Positions 24,001 to 39,000 are shown, numbered from the stretch's first letter. The stretch: 64,000 nt of DNA from Octopus vulgaris (GCA_951406725.2 OX597819.1:84134001-84198000); one strand, 5' to 3'. Notes: generated from the sequence alone by a model not told the origin. A program made the numbers and translations.

Positions 24001-27000
24001 GGATACATTGAAGTATGTATGTCTGATGTTGACAAATTGGAAGGGTACATTGATGTATGTATGCTTGATGCTGACAAATTAGATGGGGTCATTGATGTAT
24101 GTATGTCTGATGCTGATACATTTGATGGGTACATTGATATGTATATGTCTGATGTTGACAAATTAGATGGGTACATTGATGTATGTATGTCTGATGTGGA
24201 CAAATTAGAAGGGTACATTGATGTATGTATGTCTGATGTTGACAAATTAGATGGGTATATTGATATATCTATGTCTGATGTTGACAAATTGGATGGGTAC
24301 GTTGATGTATGTATGTCTGATGTTGACAAATGAGATGGGTACATAGATGTATGTAAGCCTGATGTGGACAAATTGGAAGGGTACATTGATGTATGTATGT
24401 CTGATGCTGACAAATTAGATGGGTACATTGATGTATGCATGTCTGATGTTGACAAATTAGATGGGTACGTTGATGTATGTATGTTTAATGTTGAGAAATT
24501 CGATGGGTACATAGATGTATGTATGCCTGATGTGGACAAATTTGAAGGGTACGTTGATGTATGTATGGCTGATGTTGACAAATTGGATGGGTACATTGAT
24601 GTATGTATATCTGACACTGACAAATTAAATGGATACATTGAAGTATGTATGTCTGATGTTGACAAATTGGAAGGGTACATTGATGTATATATGCTTGATG
24701 TTGACAAATTAGATGGGGTCATTGATGTATGTATGTCTGATGCTGATACATTTGATGGGTACATTGATATGTATATGTCTGATGTTGACAAATTAGATGG
24801 GTACATTGATGTATGTATGTCTGATGTGGACAAATTAGAAGGGTACATTGATGTATGTATGTCTGATGTTGACAAATTGGATGGGTACGTTGATGTATGT
24901 ATGTCTGATGTTGACAAATTGGATGGATACGTTGATGTATGTATGTCTGATGTTGACAAATGAGATGGGTACATAGATGCATGTATGGCTGATGTTGACA
25001 AATTGGAAGGGTGTGTTGATGTATGTATGCCTGACGCTGACAAATTAAATGGATACATTGATGTATGTATGTCTGATGTGGACAAATTGGATGGGTACGT
25101 AGATGTATGTATGTCTGATGTTGACAAATGAGATGGGTACATTGATGTATGTATGTCTGATGTTGAGAAATTAGATAGGTAAATTGATGTATGCATGCCT
25201 GATGTTGACAGATTGGATGGGTACATTGAGGTTTGTATTTCTGATGTGGACAAATTGGATGGGTACGTAGATGTATGTATGCCTGATGTTGACAAATTAG
25301 ATGGGGTCATTGATGTATGTATGTCTGATGCTGATACATTTGATGGGTACATTGATATGTATATGTCTGATGTTGACAAATTAGATGGGTACATTGACGT
25401 ATGTATGTCTGATGTGGACAAATTAGAAGGGTACGTTGATGTATGTATGTCTGATGTTGACAAATTAGATGGGTATATTGATATATCTATGTCTGATGTT
25501 GACAAATTGGATGGGTACGTTGATGTATGTATGTCTGATGTTGACAAATGAGATGGGTACATAGATGTATGTAAGCCTGATGTGGACAAATTGGAAGGGT
25601 AAGTTGATGTATGTATATCTGACACTGACAAATTAAATGGATACATTGAAGTATGTATGTCTGATGTTGACAAATTGGAAGGGTACATTGATGTATGTAT
25701 GCTTGATGCTGACAAATTAGATGGGGTCATTGATGTATGTATGTCTGATGCTGATACATTTGATGGGTACATTGATATGTATATGTCTGATGTTGACAAA
25801 TTAGATGGGTACATTGATGTATGTATGTCTGATGTGGACAAATTAGAAGGGTACATTGATGTATGTATGTCTGATGTTGACAAATTAGATGGGTATATTG
25901 ATATATCTATGTCTGATGTTGACAAATTGGATGGGTACGTTGATGTATGTATGTCTGATGTTGACAAATGAGATGGGTACATAGATGTATGTAAGCCTGA
26001 TGTGGACAAATTGGAAGGGTACATTGATGTATGTATGTCTGATGTTGACAAATTAGATGGGTACGTTGATGTATGTATGTTTAATGTTGAGAAATTCGAT
26101 GGGTACATAGATGTATGTATGCCTGATGTGGACAAATTTGAAGGGTACGTTGATGTATGTATGGCTGATGTTGACAAATTGGATGGGTACATTGATGTAT
26201 GTATATCTGACACTGACAAATTAAATGGATACATTGAAGTATGTATGTCTGATGTTGACAAATTGGAAGGGTACATTGATGTATGTATGCTTGATGTTGA
26301 CAAATTAGATGGGGTCATTGATGTATGTATGTCTGATGCTGATACATTTGATGGGTACATTGATATGTATATGTCTGATGTTGACAAATTAGATGGGTAC
26401 ATTGATGTATGTATGTCTGATGTGGACAAATTAGAAGGGTACATTGATGTATGTATGTCTGATGTTGACAAATTGGATGGGTACGTTGATGTATGTATGT
26501 CTGATGTTGACAAATTGGATGGATACGTTGATGTATGTATGTCTGATGTTGACAAATGAGATGGGTACATAGATGCATGTATGGCTGATGTTGACAAATT
26601 GGAAGGGTGTGTTGATGTATGTATGCCTGACGCTGACAAATTAAATGGATACATTGATGTATGTATGTCTGATGTGGACAAATTGGATGGGTATGTAGAT
26701 GTATGTATGTCTGATGTTGACAAATGAGATGGGTACATTGATGTATGTATGTCTGATGTTGAGAAATGAGATAGGTAAATTGATGTATGCATGCCTGATG
26801 TTGACAGATTGGATGGGTACATTGAGGTTTGTATTTCTGATGTGGACAAATTGGATGGGTACGTAGATGTATGTATGCCTGATGTTGACAAATTAAATGG
26901 GGTCATTGATGTATGTATGTCTGATGCTGATACATTTGATGGGTACATTGATATGTATATGTCTGATGTTGAAAAATTAGATGGGTACATTGATGTATGT

Positions 27001-30000
27001 ATGTCTGATGTGGACAAATTAAATGGGTATATTGATAAATATATGTCTGATGTTGACAAATTGGATGGGTACGTTGATGTATGTGTGTCTGATGTTGATA
27101 AATTGGATGGGTACGTTGATGTATGTATGTCTGATGTTGACAAATGAGATGGGTACATAGATGCATGTATGGCTGATGTTGACAAATTGGAAGGGTATGT
27201 TGATGTATGTATGCCTGACGCTGACAAATTAAATGGATACATTGATGTATGTATGTCTGATGTGGACAAATTGGATGGGTACATAGATGTATCTATGTCT
27301 GATGTTGACAAATGAGATGGGTACATTGATGTATGTATGTCTGATGTTGAGAAATTAGATGGGTAAATTGATGTATGCATGCCTGATGTTGACAGATTGG
27401 ATGGGTACATTGAGGTTTGTATTTCTGATGTTGACAAATTGGATGGGTATGTAGATGTATGTATGCCTGATGTTGACAAATTAGATGGGGGCATTGATGT
27501 ATGTATGTCTGATGCTGATACATTTGATGGGTACATTGCAATGTATATATCTGATGTTGAGAAATTAGATGGGTACATTGATGTATGTATGTCTGACGTT
27601 GGTACAGTTGATGGGTACAGAGATGTGTGTATGCCTAATGTTGATATATTTGATGTTGATATACTTGGCAGGTACATTGATGTATCTGTGGCTAATGTTG
27701 ACACATTCAAAGCATATATTGATGTATATATGCTTATCTTTGGCACACTTAAAGGGTATGATATATAAGTTGATGTATATGAAATTAGAAATGATATTAA
27801 CATTTGTGGAGTAGACTTTGGTCTATGTGTATATGTATCTGACATAGGTATTGTGGATACAGACGTTTGTAGAAAAGTTAATGATAAGTTCAGTGTTGAG
27901 AGATGTGTAGTTTCAATAGATGCTGTAGCATCCCATGGAGATATAGATGTATGTAGAATGGATAATGTGGCATTTAGTACAGATTTATTCATATGGATAT
28001 GTGATAATGAAGTTAATAATGGGAACATAGGCATTATTGCATAATATGTAAACCTTGTAGTGAATATTGTATGATCTGTCTTAACTAACGACGTATATAG
28101 ATGACTGAAATTTTTGGCAGTCTGTGTAATATATGCTATAGTCATATTTTTTTCTGATATTGCAGTTGTAATTTCCTTCTCTGTTCTTCTAAATTTATCT
28201 TGAAATAATTCTGATACTGTAGCGATTCTTGTTTCTGTGTAAGTAATAATGGATTTTGTTGTGCATATTTTATCTTCATCCTTTGAAATTGTAATTGCTA
28301 TATCTTTTGAGATATCAGCCATGTGATGTGATCTTGTGGCAATTTCAGACTGTACACTTGAAGATGACAGATTAAAATATAAAACTGTTCTAAAGTGAGA
28401 AGGTATTTTCTCAGTTAGAAGTAGATCATATTTAATATGGTCAGGTGACTTTATTTCTGATGTAAATATTATAGAATCATCTCTATGAATATCTTTTGAT
28501 GTCTGAAGGTTATATGGTTCAGAACTAGCTTTTTCTGATGCAGTATCATAATCATGCTTGTATTGATATGATTTGAGTGTTGAAGTTGTTGTATTTTCAA
28601 ACTGATAAGAGTCATACATATCTGTTTGATTAAATAATGTACATTTCATAATTGATGTAGTTTTTACAATAAATGGTGTAGAACTGATGTAAAACTTTTT
28701 TTTATATCCTGGGTATATCCTGCTTAAAGTCTTGAAGGAGGATAATTCCACAGAGTCTGTTGATAATGATGTTTCAGAAGTGAGTGAAGTATAAAAGTCA
28801 TAAGTTTTATAAAGTTTCAAGGTTGTTTTAAAAATTTCCGTTGTCACTGTTATAGAGGGAACAGTTGTCCTTCCAACAAGTACAACATGTGTACTTGTCA
28901 TTGCTCTTATGTAGCCTTTTGACATTTTGTCAGTTACGAAACCAAATAAAATAGAACTGTCATAGAACTTGCTTGAAGTTTCCAATATTGGACTGAAGTC
29001 TATTTTTGGCAGAGAGTGTGGCAATGTTACAGTTGCATATATTGGAGTAACTATTCTTTCCGGCTTTACAATCATAGGTGTTATAGATTGATACTGATAA
29101 CTGGTCAGTGACTGTGTAATTACACTAATTATAGCAGTAAATTTTTTTAAAAGTAGCATGGTTATTTCATCATCCTTTTGCTTGTATATGCCAACTGATG
29201 CTCTAACTTCTTGTGTGAAATTCTTATCAGGTTTGTAAATAAATGAAGTATTTACATATTCCTTAGGATGCATTATTGTTTCCCATTGAGTTGCCTGTAA
29301 CATTTCAGTAACAGACGAACTATCACCCAAATCTGAAATTCCAGTAAATGTTTTATGACTTTTGAAAGGGTATTTTTGAAGTTCCATATCTAAGAAGACT
29401 GTGGTTCTTTTGATTACCAAGTCAGAAATATCGCTCTGTCCCAACTGAAAAGTTGTTAGTAAAGGGAGAAACTTTTGCCAAGGTTTTGTACTACTTGACA
29501 CACTGTGAACATGTCTATCTTTTACACCTAATGTTGTATTTAATGTTAGTTTCTTGCTTTCTGTTTGTCTTTCCATGTCTATATCATAAATTTCTGGTTG
29601 AGTTGTTGAAATATTTTGTATAAATACACTGCTGTCAGATTTAATCTCAGGTAAAATAAAGGCTGTTGATTTTTCTATTATTACTGTTAGTAAGTAGCTT
29701 TTCCCACTCCTATCAATTAAAGAATCATCTGTCATCTTAATACTAATAATATTTTCAGTTGATATTTGATATGGTATATCTACTAGACTTACATGGAAAA
29801 TAGCAGTACTGGAAGCATGTTTGGGCAGAGTGTGATGTGAATAAGAAAAACTTGTCTCTTTTAAAGGTGCTTTAGCTGTAATTAAATGTGATATTGTTTT
29901 CTTAGTCTGCATAATTTGTTGAGAACTAATAAAGGCTAGCTTTGTTGGCATATGTAAAATTGTTTCGTCAACTGACCAATTGAAAGTTGTCTTATCTGCT

Positions 30001-33000
30001 TGCAGAATAATTTCTAAAGATGTGTTTAACACTGGACTATCTGTTGTAGTTAATATGCTATCGGTCACTGTTCCATTTAACAAGAGAAATGGTTTACCTT
30101 TTGATGTAGTTCTTGATAAAATAGCATGAATAAGAACATATGTTTGTTCTGTCGAGCCATCTTGATATGTCTCATGTGTTATGTTAAATAAGGTATGGAT
30201 TTTGGATATTTCATTTATCAGACTGGTAAATAATATCTGAGATGCTTGTGAGGAAATGCTTTGTGTAGATGGCTTCATCAATACTCTTTGGGTGTGTGTA
30301 TATAATGACTTGTCAGTTGATTTATCTATAAGTACAGTAGTGTCAATTAATTTGTCTTCAAATAAAGAAGTGTATGTAATTTTACTCAAAGCTGTTGTTA
30401 TTACTGAACTAAACTCAAACGAAGCCCTCAAATCTATTTCAAAGTCTTTTTTGTCTAAAGTATAATTATTTGGCCATTCTTTAGTAGGAGAAAAGAGAAA
30501 GGATATCTTTGATGTTGTTAGTTCTTTGATTTTTAAGTATTCTGTTGACATATCATATGTAGTTGTATTGCTTGAGTAAGATAAGTTGGGGAAGCTATAA
30601 CTAAACAATACCGCTGTTGATAAAACATGTGGAAATATTGTTGGTGGTTCAAATAAAATTGTATCATTTAATTCTGGAGCAAGAGGTGTTGTTTCGGAAC
30701 TGTCTATCATTGTGCCAGGAAGGAAAGGACTAATAGGAGTTACTTCACTGACTTTGTGTGTAAGGTAAGAACTAATACTAGTAGTTATTAATGGATAGTA
30801 TGTATATGCTATGTGAATGTAGTCTAATGATACATTTCTGGTTGTGTTTATACGGTACAGATAGGTAGTTGATTGTTTTGTAAGAATGATATCACTTAAT
30901 GTACTAACTTGAGAATAATTTGTTCCAATATAAGAGCTGTGATCTGCTGTAGACATAGCCAGTTCTGTATATTTAGAATAATTACTCAAGATATCATCAA
31001 AAAATGCTTCTGTTGTTGAGAAGTACTTGTGTGGAGAGTATTGATTTGTAACGTAATTTGTTATTTCTTTTGACATATTACTAATATGTGAATAGTTGAA
31101 TGTGGAATAGTCTGGGAATATGTGTAAATACATTCCACTAACTTGTGAACCATTCAGTGCGACATAAAATAACTGTGTTGAAGTTTCACTTACATATGAG
31201 TGCATTGTATATATATAGTCAGTTGCAATAGGTGTGGATGTATAAAAGTAATCTACTGTTGTATATAAAGGTATGTCTCTATGAGTCAAATAGCTTAATA
31301 TAATATAATTAAATGATTGATATGTAGTCATTGAATACTTTGTAGTGGTGAAATTATGTAGTATATATGTTATTAATATAGTATGGGGTGAAAGGTCTGT
31401 AATAATATTGGATGGTATTGTAGGAAATTTTGTATAGTTTGAAGAAGAATAACCTGAAGATAGGTTTGTTTTTGGTCTATGATAATGGAAGTAAGTTGTA
31501 GTAAGATAACTAGGAAATATAGTAGTTTTTCCAGTAGCTTGTAAATATTTTGTTGGAGAGTAATCAATGGATAGTGTTGTAACTATTTTAGTATGCCAGG
31601 AATCGCTTGTAGAATAATCAAGAAATTTTTTTATTAATCCACTATAATGAAAATAACTTTTGGTGAGATTATCAGGCAATATTCTGGCAGTCATTCCAGT
31701 ATAATATGAATAATCTGTGCTCTGATATTCCACAGATATCGCTGTTGTTATTTGATAAATATGTGAATACTTATCAACATAAGAAGACAGCATATTTGTT
31801 CGTTTATCATCTAGGAAAACATATTTAGCAACAGAAGGAGAATATGTTGTATAGTTAAAGCTTGGTAATAAGTCTTTGATTGTAGAAATGTCATCAGGAA
31901 ATATTGATTTTTGTTGGGAAATATAAAACTGGGAAATGTTTGCATGCAGCATGCTGACTGGGGAAGATAAATGGCTTGTATTACTTCTAAAGCTATGATG
32001 TAAGGACTCCAATGTATCATTAGATTGGAAAGTTGCAATAATTTGAAATAAAGTGCTACTAATAAAAGAATAGTTGCTAATTACATCAGATATTTCATGT
32101 ATTATTTTTACATGTTTATCAGTCATGAGAAGGTAATCTGATGATGTAGTTAGCATTTTATCACTGAAATGTGTATAATCTTTAGATGCATTACTGAAGA
32201 TAGTATCTTTTATAAAACTAGTAAAGGCTGGATATTGGGATGTCAATGCAGATGGATGTTTCATTTGTTTACTTGAGTATTCAGAATAGTTTGCTAAGGT
32301 GCTCTCAAGAGATGCGACTATTGTAACAGTACTAAAGTATGAAGTGTTTGTAGAGATATAGGCATAGTATATTTGTTTTGAAATGTTACTTTCCAGAGGG
32401 TATTTTGAAAATGGTAGAGTTGTAATATGTTGTAAATAGTCAGTAAGTTTTTCAGTTGTTAAATCTAAATAGCTTTTGAAAGTGTAGTAAAATATTATTC
32501 CTGTTGTTTTTTGCTTCATGTCTAGGTGTTTTGAAGATACATAATAAATTGTTTTCTTGGCTATTATTTCACTTATCTCACTTGTAGATATATAATGATC
32601 TCCAATGTCTGTGGTTGTGTCTCTATGGTGCAAAGGATCTGTTGATGCATCATAAAAATTTATTGAGATGTCACTTGTGGTCATTTTCTTATGATATGGA
32701 TATACTAATGTTTTAAAATAAAATGTTTCTGGCGTTACAATATGATATATAAATTTTGTATATGTAAAATATTGTATTTTTGTTGACATGTCACTAAGAT
32801 ATGAATCATTTATAGCCATATAACTGGGGGATATTACCAATTTTGTTTTGTTATAATATGAATAATTTGTCAGTGGGAAATGAGATACTGTTACTGATTC
32901 ATAATAGTATTTTGGTTGAATATGATAAATTATCTCAGTTGTGTTGATATCATCAATGTATTTTGGGGATATATAAGCATATATAATTGTTGTCAATTCT

Positions 33001-36000
33001 ATAATATATATATATTTTGTATCATATATTTTAGTTGTATCTTTTACAGTATATGTTTTACTTAAGTACAATAATTCTGTAGTTAGAAAATCTGTAGGGA
33101 GATAACTGGATGATATCTTTGCCATTACATCACTGGTATATGGATACAACATAGGTGTGAAATAGGATAAATATTTAGTATCATTATAATATAAATCCTT
33201 AGAAGCTAATTCTTGGGATGTTCCACCACTATAAAATGATGATATCTCCCATGTCATACTACTATGATATGAATCCTTAATTGGCATAGAGGTAGATAAT
33301 ATAAATGATGAATAGTATATAGTTTTAGTTTCATTTTGATATGAGTCGATTTTAGAGTATAATACATCTTTTGATCTGTCACTATAAAATGTGTCATTTG
33401 TAGGCCCAATAAAGTATAGATATGTTGTGGCTAAAGGATAAGAATATATCTCTCTGGTTGTAACAATAAGATCTGAAATATTTGCTTGTTGTGACACTAC
33501 ATCAGTGGTCCTTCTCTTCAGGTCAAAATATTTTGTCATTATTTTATCAGTTGAAATAGCTTCTAAACTGCTGGTATAAACATGTTGTTTTGTCATGTCA
33601 TGTTTAGGGCTCTTGGTATGTGAATACATCATAGGGAAGGAATCTGATGTTGTCTTCCTACTTATGTCCTCAAAATCAGAGTATCTAATAGATGATTGTT
33701 CAAGTGAGATGCTTGTTATGTAACTGTAAAGAAAAGATTTTGTAATGGAAAAATCTGATGATAACTCTTCTTTTGTATGTTTAAAATCCAAGTCCTTTAT
33801 AGTGGCATAATCACTTGGTATTTTGCTGGCTATATCACTAAAATATGAATAATTTATAGTTATATAATGTAGTATTTTCGAAATGTTATATTGCTTATGT
33901 ATATCTATAAGAGATGTATAGTTAATTAGTTGATCCATTGGAATACTGGTTATTGTTTTTGCTATAATTTTGGGTGATTTTTTGTCACTAATAAATGAAT
34001 ATTTTGTTGGCGTATAATCATATAATGATGTTGATGAGCTGGTCATATAAGGATATCTTGCAACGATGTAATCATGTGATATAATCATAGATGTGCCACT
34101 GAAATCAGGATATTTACTTGAAGTGTCATGAAATATTGCCACTGACTTTTCAATCAATGGATATACTGTTGATATTTGATAGAACAATATCTTTGTTCCA
34201 GTAGCACTGATTTTTGAGTATAAGGTTTCTGTAATCCTTTTTATATCTAAATATTTTGAACTGGTGTACATTAAACCTTCTGTTGTATATATAAAGACTG
34301 AAGATACTTCCGTTGTAATATCTATTATGTCTGAATATTTCTTATAGTCTGATGATATTTTTGTTGCCATTTCCTTCAGTTGTGGATATTTAGTAGTGTA
34401 ATAGAGAGATATGTCTCGTGTTTGATAGTGTGTTGCTGCATGCATAACACTTACATAGTCAGAGTCTGTTAATGTTGTCATATCTATTATATCCAGATAT
34501 TTTATACCTATATAATCATCTGATATCTCTGTTTTTATATGTTTCACAATAGAATGTATTGTACTATAATCTGGTGGTACAACAGATGTTATATCCTTTA
34601 TATCAGAATATATTTTGCTGATACCATAAAAGGATGTATCTGTTGTTATTGTGATGGTCATATATTTTAAAGTGTCATAATCAAGTGCTTGTAATATTAT
34701 ATCAGAAGATTTTATATAAGAATAATTTGTTGATATCTTTCTTGTATCTTTCACATCATGATAAATGGCACTAATGTCATCTGGTATGAGTTTTGATGAT
34801 GTCACATCTTTTATAGTTGAATATATTGATTTGATATCATCTGTTGATATTCTTGCTAATGTCTGTTTTATATCCACATATATTGTACTGATATTAAGAG
34901 ATAGTATTCTTGTTACATATTTTTCATCTGAATATATTGGGGTGGTAGAGTCTAATGACATTTCTAGTGTTGTAAAATGTCTCTCTGAATATCTTTTACT
35001 ACTGTGATCTGATATCTCTGATATTGTATCTGCCACATCATATTTCATACTGACATACTCTGATATTTTTATTGGTTCATCTGTTGCATATATATGCATT
35101 GAACTCATTGTGGTATCATCCAGTGGTATCATTGATATATTTTTCATATCAAAATATTTTGTATCAGTATCTTCAGATGTTATTTCTGTTGTGATATTTT
35201 TCATATCTGTATGTACTGAGTAGACATATTCCACTGTTATATTTGTGATATCTTTCCAATCAATATATATTGTACTTAAGTTGGTAAATAATGGCATTAT
35301 TGTTATATTTGTTGTGACTGATGATATATTCAAACTTGGATCAATTCTACTTATATATGTTGATGATGTCTCTTCTATTTCTAGATCTTTCATATCTGAA
35401 TATATGTTGTAATAATCTGTGATTATCTCTGTTTCTGTACTTTGTGGATCTGAATACTTTGTATCATTATCAATTGGTGATATAGTAAATGTAGAGTATT
35501 TCCCAGTCAAATATTTTATGGTAAAATAATCTGACAATGTGTCCATGCCAAAATGTTTCATATTTCCATATATTATATTTGTAGTTTTGGGTGGTTTTTC
35601 TCTTGTTGTGTATTTTCCATCTGTATCTTCTGTACTGATATAACTTGCTTGTATCTCTGATATTGTAATGTTTATATCTGGAAATATTGCACGGGTATGA
35701 TATGAGAAACTCTGCATATCTGGATAATGAGTAATGTTTTCCTCTGATATCTGTGCTGTGTCTATCATATCTAAGTATATTGTGCTAACAAAACCTGAGT
35801 AGATATGCCTTTGTGTACATTTTATGCCACGATATGTAATACTGATATAATATGGTGGCATCTGTGTTGTGTGTTTCCTTGTTAAATATTTTGTATGGAT
35901 ATCATCTCTAATTGTTTTCATCATGTCATCAATATATGAATCTTCTAAGCTAGTGTAACTGGTTGATACTGTTGTCAATTCATCACTTTGGTCTGTGTAT

Positions 36001-39000
36001 TCTTGTAGATAACTTATGGAAACCTTTGTATCTGTCTTATTAATCTGAACTTTATCCAATGTTATTTCTCTTGTCATATTGGCATATGAATATTTTATTA
36101 CTAGTGTACTGACATCCAATGTTTTTGTAGTTAGTACTTCAGTGTCTGGTATACTGATATCCAATGTCTCTGTAGTTTGTACTTCAGTGTCTGGTATACT
36201 GATATCTGGTATTTCTGTAGTTTGTACTTCAGTGTCTGGTATACTGACATCTGATGTTTTTGTAGTTAGTACTTCAGTGTCTGGTATACTGATATCCAAT
36301 GTCTCTGTAGTTTGTACTTTAGTGTCTGGCGTACTGATATCCAATGCCTCTGTAGTTAGTACTTTGGTGCTTGGCATACTGATATCCAATGCCTCTATAG
36401 TTAGTACTTCAGTGTCTGGCATACTAATATCTGGTATTTCTGTAGTTTGTACTTCAGTGTCTGGCATACTGATATCCAATGCCTCTGTAGTTAGTACTTT
36501 GGTGCTTGGCATACTGATATCCAATGCCTCTATAGTTAGTACTTCAGTGTCTGGCATACTAATATCTGGTGTTTCTGTAGTTTGTACTTCAGTGTCTGGC
36601 ATACTGATATCCAATGCCTCTGTAGTTAGTACTTTGGTGCTTGGCATACTGATATCCAATGCCTCTATAGTTAGTACTTCAGTGTCTGGCATACTAATAT
36701 CTTGTATTTCTGTAGTTTGTACTTCAGTGTCTGACATACTGATATCCAATGCCTCTGTAGTTAGTACTTTGGTGCTTGGCATACTGATATCCAATATACT
36801 TGGTGCTGTGACATATATGTAAAATGTGTCCATTATTTTTGTTGTAAAGAGTATAGATTTTATTCCACTAGTAAAATACCAGTCATAATCAGTTGATATT
36901 TGGATCTTTCTTTGAGGTTTGTAATCATAAGTAAAGCTGGAAGAAGTTATTAGAAGGCTGTCAATAAATGCATACATAGGTGTTGCATTATAAAATATAT
37001 ATCTGTCATCATCAGGCTGAAATGGTGTATGTGTAGTTATTTCAAAATGATGCAGATACATTATATAACTGACATAATCTGTTGATGCATCAACTGATGC
37101 ATTACTGGGATATAATGAGTCTAGTGAGACATTTTCTGAAGATACATCAGTCTTGATACTACTGAGTTGTAAATAGTCTGCACTAGTAGATTTACTTAGC
37201 ATCCAAGTCACATCATCACAACAATACAAAGATTTTGGAGTTGTTCTACTGTATGGCATCTTGGAAATCATTTGAAAAAGATGAGTATAGTTTGTTAAAA
37301 TATTTGTTAAAAGTACATCAATCATAGATGTATTCATGTATGGATATTTCTTTTTAATATAGTCAAAAATTTGATCTGATGTAATTAGCTGTTGAGAAAA
37401 ATTACTTAAGATATAATGAAGGGATAAGTTGAATTTAGATAAACTGACATCTGTAATATTAGCTGTTACATTGGAAAGGTATATATATTTAATTGTTGTG
37501 CTTGATTCAGAGGGGAAATGAGGAAGTGACAATATAGGATATGAATGATTTCTTGGTGTATCAATAAATGATGGTATGATTGATATTGGTTCATCAATAT
37601 ATGGATGGCTTGTTTGATAACTGGGATAAAGAATCAATAATATTCCTCGTGTAAGAGTGGAAAATACACCGATGAGATCTGTACTGATGTAGGAGTAATA
37701 TTCTGGATTCCATGTTGAAGACTCATATACAATATCTGTACTGATATGTGACTCATGTTCCACTTTGTCAAGAGAAAATATCTCACTTTTTATACTACTG
37801 TAATGTTCTGATTTCCTTGTAGAAATCTCTTCTTCAGTCTCTTCAGTACTAGCATGGGAATAGTTTTCAGGTTTGTATGAAGAATATTCTTCTATTAGAT
37901 CCATGCTGATATATGAATCATTTTCTTGCTTCTTGGTAGAAAATATGTCTCTCTCTGTAGTGATCATATGTGAAAAATGTTTAGGACTCATTGTAGAAAA
38001 TACAGCAATAATATCAGTTCTGGCATATGAATAATATTTTGATGATCCTGATATTAACTTCTCTATTAAATCACTACTGACATTCTCTGGCTTCTTTGTA
38101 ATAAACAAATCTCTCTCATCATGTACTATGTCCAGATCTGTTTCTAATCTGTCTATAAAAGTTCCTTCACTTTCTATAGTGGGACTGAAAGAATGAGTTA
38201 ATTCTCTGTACGTTGAAGTTGTATCAGTGACAACTGTTCTGACAACTGAATATTTTATTTGTCCTTTTGTTGAAAAGCCACCAATATCATATGTACTGAT
38301 ATGTGAAAATTTCTTTGGTTTCTCAGTTGAAAATTTTTCAATTTCTACAGTAACTACGTGTGAATATTCTGTAGAAAAGTTGTCTATCTTAAATAAATAA
38401 TCTTCTGTTTTTGCTGTTGAAATCACATCACTTTCTAAGATGGTAACATGTGAACGATTTGTTGGTTTTTGCGTAAGAAACACATCTGTATCATATGTAC
38501 TAACATATGAACCCACTTTTGATTTTTCCATAGTAAATATATCACTCTCTACTGAATCAGTTAGTGGATATTTTGCTTGCTTACCTGTAGTTAAAATATC
38601 AATTTTACCTGTACTGATATGGGAATAATCAACTGGTGTCTTAGTAGAAAATACATCACTGTCTTGAAAACTAATGTATGAATGACTTTCTGGTTTTACT
38701 CTGGAAGTGACAGTTCTTTCCAAAGTACAAATGTATGAAAAATTTGATTTTCTCTCTGTGGAGGATATATAAATAATCCTTGTGCTAACATAGGAATAAT
38801 TTCCTGGTTTTACTGGAAACATATCTTTTGCTTCAATAATATGAGAATAATTTTCTGGTCTCTGAGTTGAAATAATATCAATGATATCTGTAATAATATA
38901 GGAATAGTTGATTGACTTTGTTATAGAAATCTCATATACTCCATATGGACTAGAATGTGAATAATATTCTGGTTTTATTGTAGAAAATATTTCACTGCCT

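Noticed and set aside
17783-27768. Long plus-strand and alternate-frame ORFs (610 aa, 636 aa, etc.) with Cys/Met/Asp/Val repeats
   Set aside because: These are shadows of the 42-bp coding repeats. They start and stop with the arrays and are broken by sporadic stops, while the minus-strand frame never is.
37620-37690. Hydrophobic stretch LIGVFSTLTRGILLILYP as a transmembrane helix
   Set aside because: It is short, interrupted by Arg and polar residues, and flanked on both sides by extracellular-type sequence.
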